Shown piece after piece: positions 61,960 through 64,000 of a DNA stretch of 64,000 nucleotides (position 1 is the first letter of the stretch; each line of letters opens with the position of its first letter). The notes beneath the pieces are model-generated. The model was not told where the DNA came from. It searched no databases and saw only the letters and a list, made by a program, of their open reading frames with translations. Source of the DNA: Anthoceros angustus (Eukaryota > Plantae > Anthocerotophyta); assembly GCA_010909165.1 (NCBI GenBank), contig MU008166.1, forward strand, positions 1,302,001 through 1,366,000. Direction: 5' to 3'. Both the position numbers and the translations under genes were made by a program.

Positions 61960-62696
61960 TTGTCCGGGTTTCTTGTCGAAGGCGATCCGGTAACTAGTTC
62001 GGAAGGCTATAAGAAGGTTATTCTCAAGCTTATTCATGCACAAAGGGAAGAAATGCATAGTTATGTGGCCAAAAAGTTGCAGGGTTTGGACGATCAGGTT
62101 GGAAGACTCTCGAAAAGCTCGTTGGAGCAAGGGTTACAAAATGAAGTTTTTTCACGCACCATAGAGGAGAAAGCCATCCATTTGGAAAATTAATTCACTT
62201 CAACGGAACAAGTTTTACCTACATATTTGGAGAAGCTTATTGGTAAAAACCTCTTGGGGGTTAATGATATCGATCCCCCGCCTCCTTCTTGTCCCGTGGT
62301 AACACAATATCGAAGGCGCTGCTGCCGGCATTGAACTTGAGAATTTATGGTCTTGGTAATGACATTGTTGCACCACTTGTGGCTGCAAAGGAGTTTCTCA
62401 ATAGGCTAGAGGTCGATGTGGTCGTTGCTCGAGCCTTCTGGCTTGGAAAGGATGCTGGTAGAGACCGCATATTGATTATGACTTTTCACTCCATGGATGA
62501 TCGCCTCCAGGTTATGAAGGCTAGGTCTATGTTACGGACGACTCAGTTATATATCAATACTGATCTTACACCATTGCAATGGAAGATTAAGAAGGAGAAG
62601 TTACCTGCTTTCAGAGCTGCTCGTGCTGCAAGTCAACGGCTTTCTTTCATGGGGATGAATTTGTGGTGTTTAGCCCTCGTTCATGCATTTCATTAA
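61960..62696 (+). pseudogene. LINE ORF1-like protein (coiled coil plus RRM-like C-terminal domain)
   Basis: Coiled-coil-like ORF 61960-62193, then NLRIYGL..EFLNRLEVDV..RAFWLGK..RILIMTFHSMDDRLQVMKARSMLRTTQLYINTDLTPLQ (62289-62696), the pattern typical of LINE ORF1 C-termini. Confidence 0.65.
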
Positions 62697-62833
62697 CATT
62701 ATTGATTGATTGAAGATTATTTGTCTTGTTTGAATTTTACCTTTGCATTCGTCTAGACCATTTTACCGCAATCTATGTAGTTGCTATATTTCAATCCTAT
62801 GACGAAGATCCGTCCTTAGTGGACTTGAATAAA

Positions 62834-62841
62834 TTTCTTCT

Positions 62842-62873
<32 letters not shown>

Positions 62874-62900
62874 TTCTTCTTCTCTTCTTCTTCTGGTTCT

Positions 62901-62932
<32 letters not shown>

Positions 62933-63006
62933 TTCTTCTTCTTCTTCTTCTTCTTCTTCTTCTTCTTCTTCTTCTTCTTCTTCTCTTCTTCTTCTTGTCT
63001 TCTTCT

Positions 63007-63041
<35 letters not shown>

Positions 63042-63043
63042 TT
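62834..63043. repeat. (CTT)n/(GAA)n microsatellite, about 210 bp, imperfect
   Basis: Directly visible in the sequence. Confidence 0.99.
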
Positions 63044-63752
63044 ACAGTTATTAATTGTATTTAGAAAACTATGAAACTTCTTCACCTCTAGGTATTGTAT
63101 GTATACATGTTTAGTATAGTGATTATTTTTCACTAGCATAGTAAATAAAAATATTATTTAATTATTTATGTATGCTATTCTTTGCAACAACAAAGAAACA
63201 TACAACCATATTACATACATATCAGCCCTTCTTGTTTCCACCTTTAAATTTGCATCTGACTAAATTGTGCTAACATGAAGTCTTGCGATATGCAATCTCG
63301 CATCACTTGACCATGGTACACATCTAGCTCCGCATCCAAGACCTGCACTTTTGACTATGGCGGTGGTTGGCTACCTCCTCTTCCTATAACATGTGCCGCC
63401 ACACTCCCATTTGGGGTCGTTGGTTTCGCTTGTATTATCATTCGCATATCAATTGCCTCAATGGTCATTGGTTTGCCATCAAGATCAAGTGGTTGTTTGG
63501 CTTAGTGGTTCGAAGCTTTGCGGTAAGAGAACCACAATAAGATTAGGGTTGCAACAAAGTCGGGGCTCAAGTATCACAAAGTTAGAGACTTCAACTTAAA
63601 AGCTGAGACAAGATCAAACAACAAAATCCAAATGTAAAATTGAAGTTCAAAACCGCCCAATCATATATCGACAAGCTAGGGCACAAGTAACACTAAATAT
63701 GCACAAGTTCCACTAAGTACTTAAGCATCTAACTGCACACCAAAGTGTGTAG

Positions 63753-64000
63753 TTACAAACCTTGGAGGTTAAGTAGGGTGCGATTCGTCTTGCTACGGTT
63801 ATCGTAAGTCGTGTCAACACCTCCGAGCCCGCCTCGAGAACCTCTCGTCCTTGGCAACGATTCGTCCGCATTGGATGACGAGCCGCCTTTCTTTTTATTG
63901 AGCTTGATCAACTCATCAAGACTCAATTTGCCTTCCTTAGCTACTAGTAGCGGTTCCATACATACGGTGACCACCACCGTGATCCTTTGCCTTAAGCTTG
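63753..64000 (-). other. Fragment related to the unknown gene at about 37.9/50.3 kb, cut by the window edge
   Basis: The last 40 nt (CATACGGTGACCACCACCGTGATCCTTTGCCTTAAGCTTG) match CATATAGTGACCGCCGCCATGGCCTTGCCTTAAGCTTG at about 50262-50299; the translation includes KLSLDELIKLNKKKGG. Confidence 0.45.

Noticed and set aside
62726-63139. Poly-Phe/Leu and poly-Glu/Lys ORFs
   Set aside because: They are translations of the (CTT)n microsatellite, which has no stop codons in those frames.
46-63977. Most short ORFs in the supplied six-frame track
   Set aside because: They are antisense or off-frame fragments of GC-rich, frameshifted TE genes and LTRs, with no recognisable motifs.

Overview
Eukaryotic land-plant genomic DNA (PLS-class PPR repeats, GT-AG introns, plant-type Gypsy and Copia elements; a fern or other seed-free plant is my guess). 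It is a nested transposon cluster with no intact host gene. Nearly every coding region is broken by small indels, and the two LTRs of one element differ largely by indels, so part of the damage may be long-read consensus error. From left to right: a degenerate coding region (0.3-2.1 kb); a gag-protease-only LTR retroelement (2.3-5.3 kb, minus); a putative DNA transposon (about 5.5-15.3 kb); a full-length non-chromovirus Ty3/Gypsy with 1.7-kb LTRs (15.3-24.6 kb); and two nested Copia elements (27.4-36 kb). The putative DNA transposon carries a DUF7869/Sola-like DDD transposase, a divergently oriented ParB/Srx-like + beta-class amino-DNA-methyltransferase gene, and possibly a second MTase-like ORF. 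Further right are a roughly 12.4-kb tandem duplication (33.2-45.6 and 45.6-58.1 kb) containing a Copia pol fragment, an unknown multi-exon gene, a PPR pseudogene and an LTR; a second gag-protease-only retroelement (56.9-61.6 kb); and a LINE ORF1-like gene followed by a (CTT)n tract. The best candidate for a novel system is the methyltransferase-carrying DNA transposon. All domain calls come from manual motif reading across frameshifts; no database search was run.
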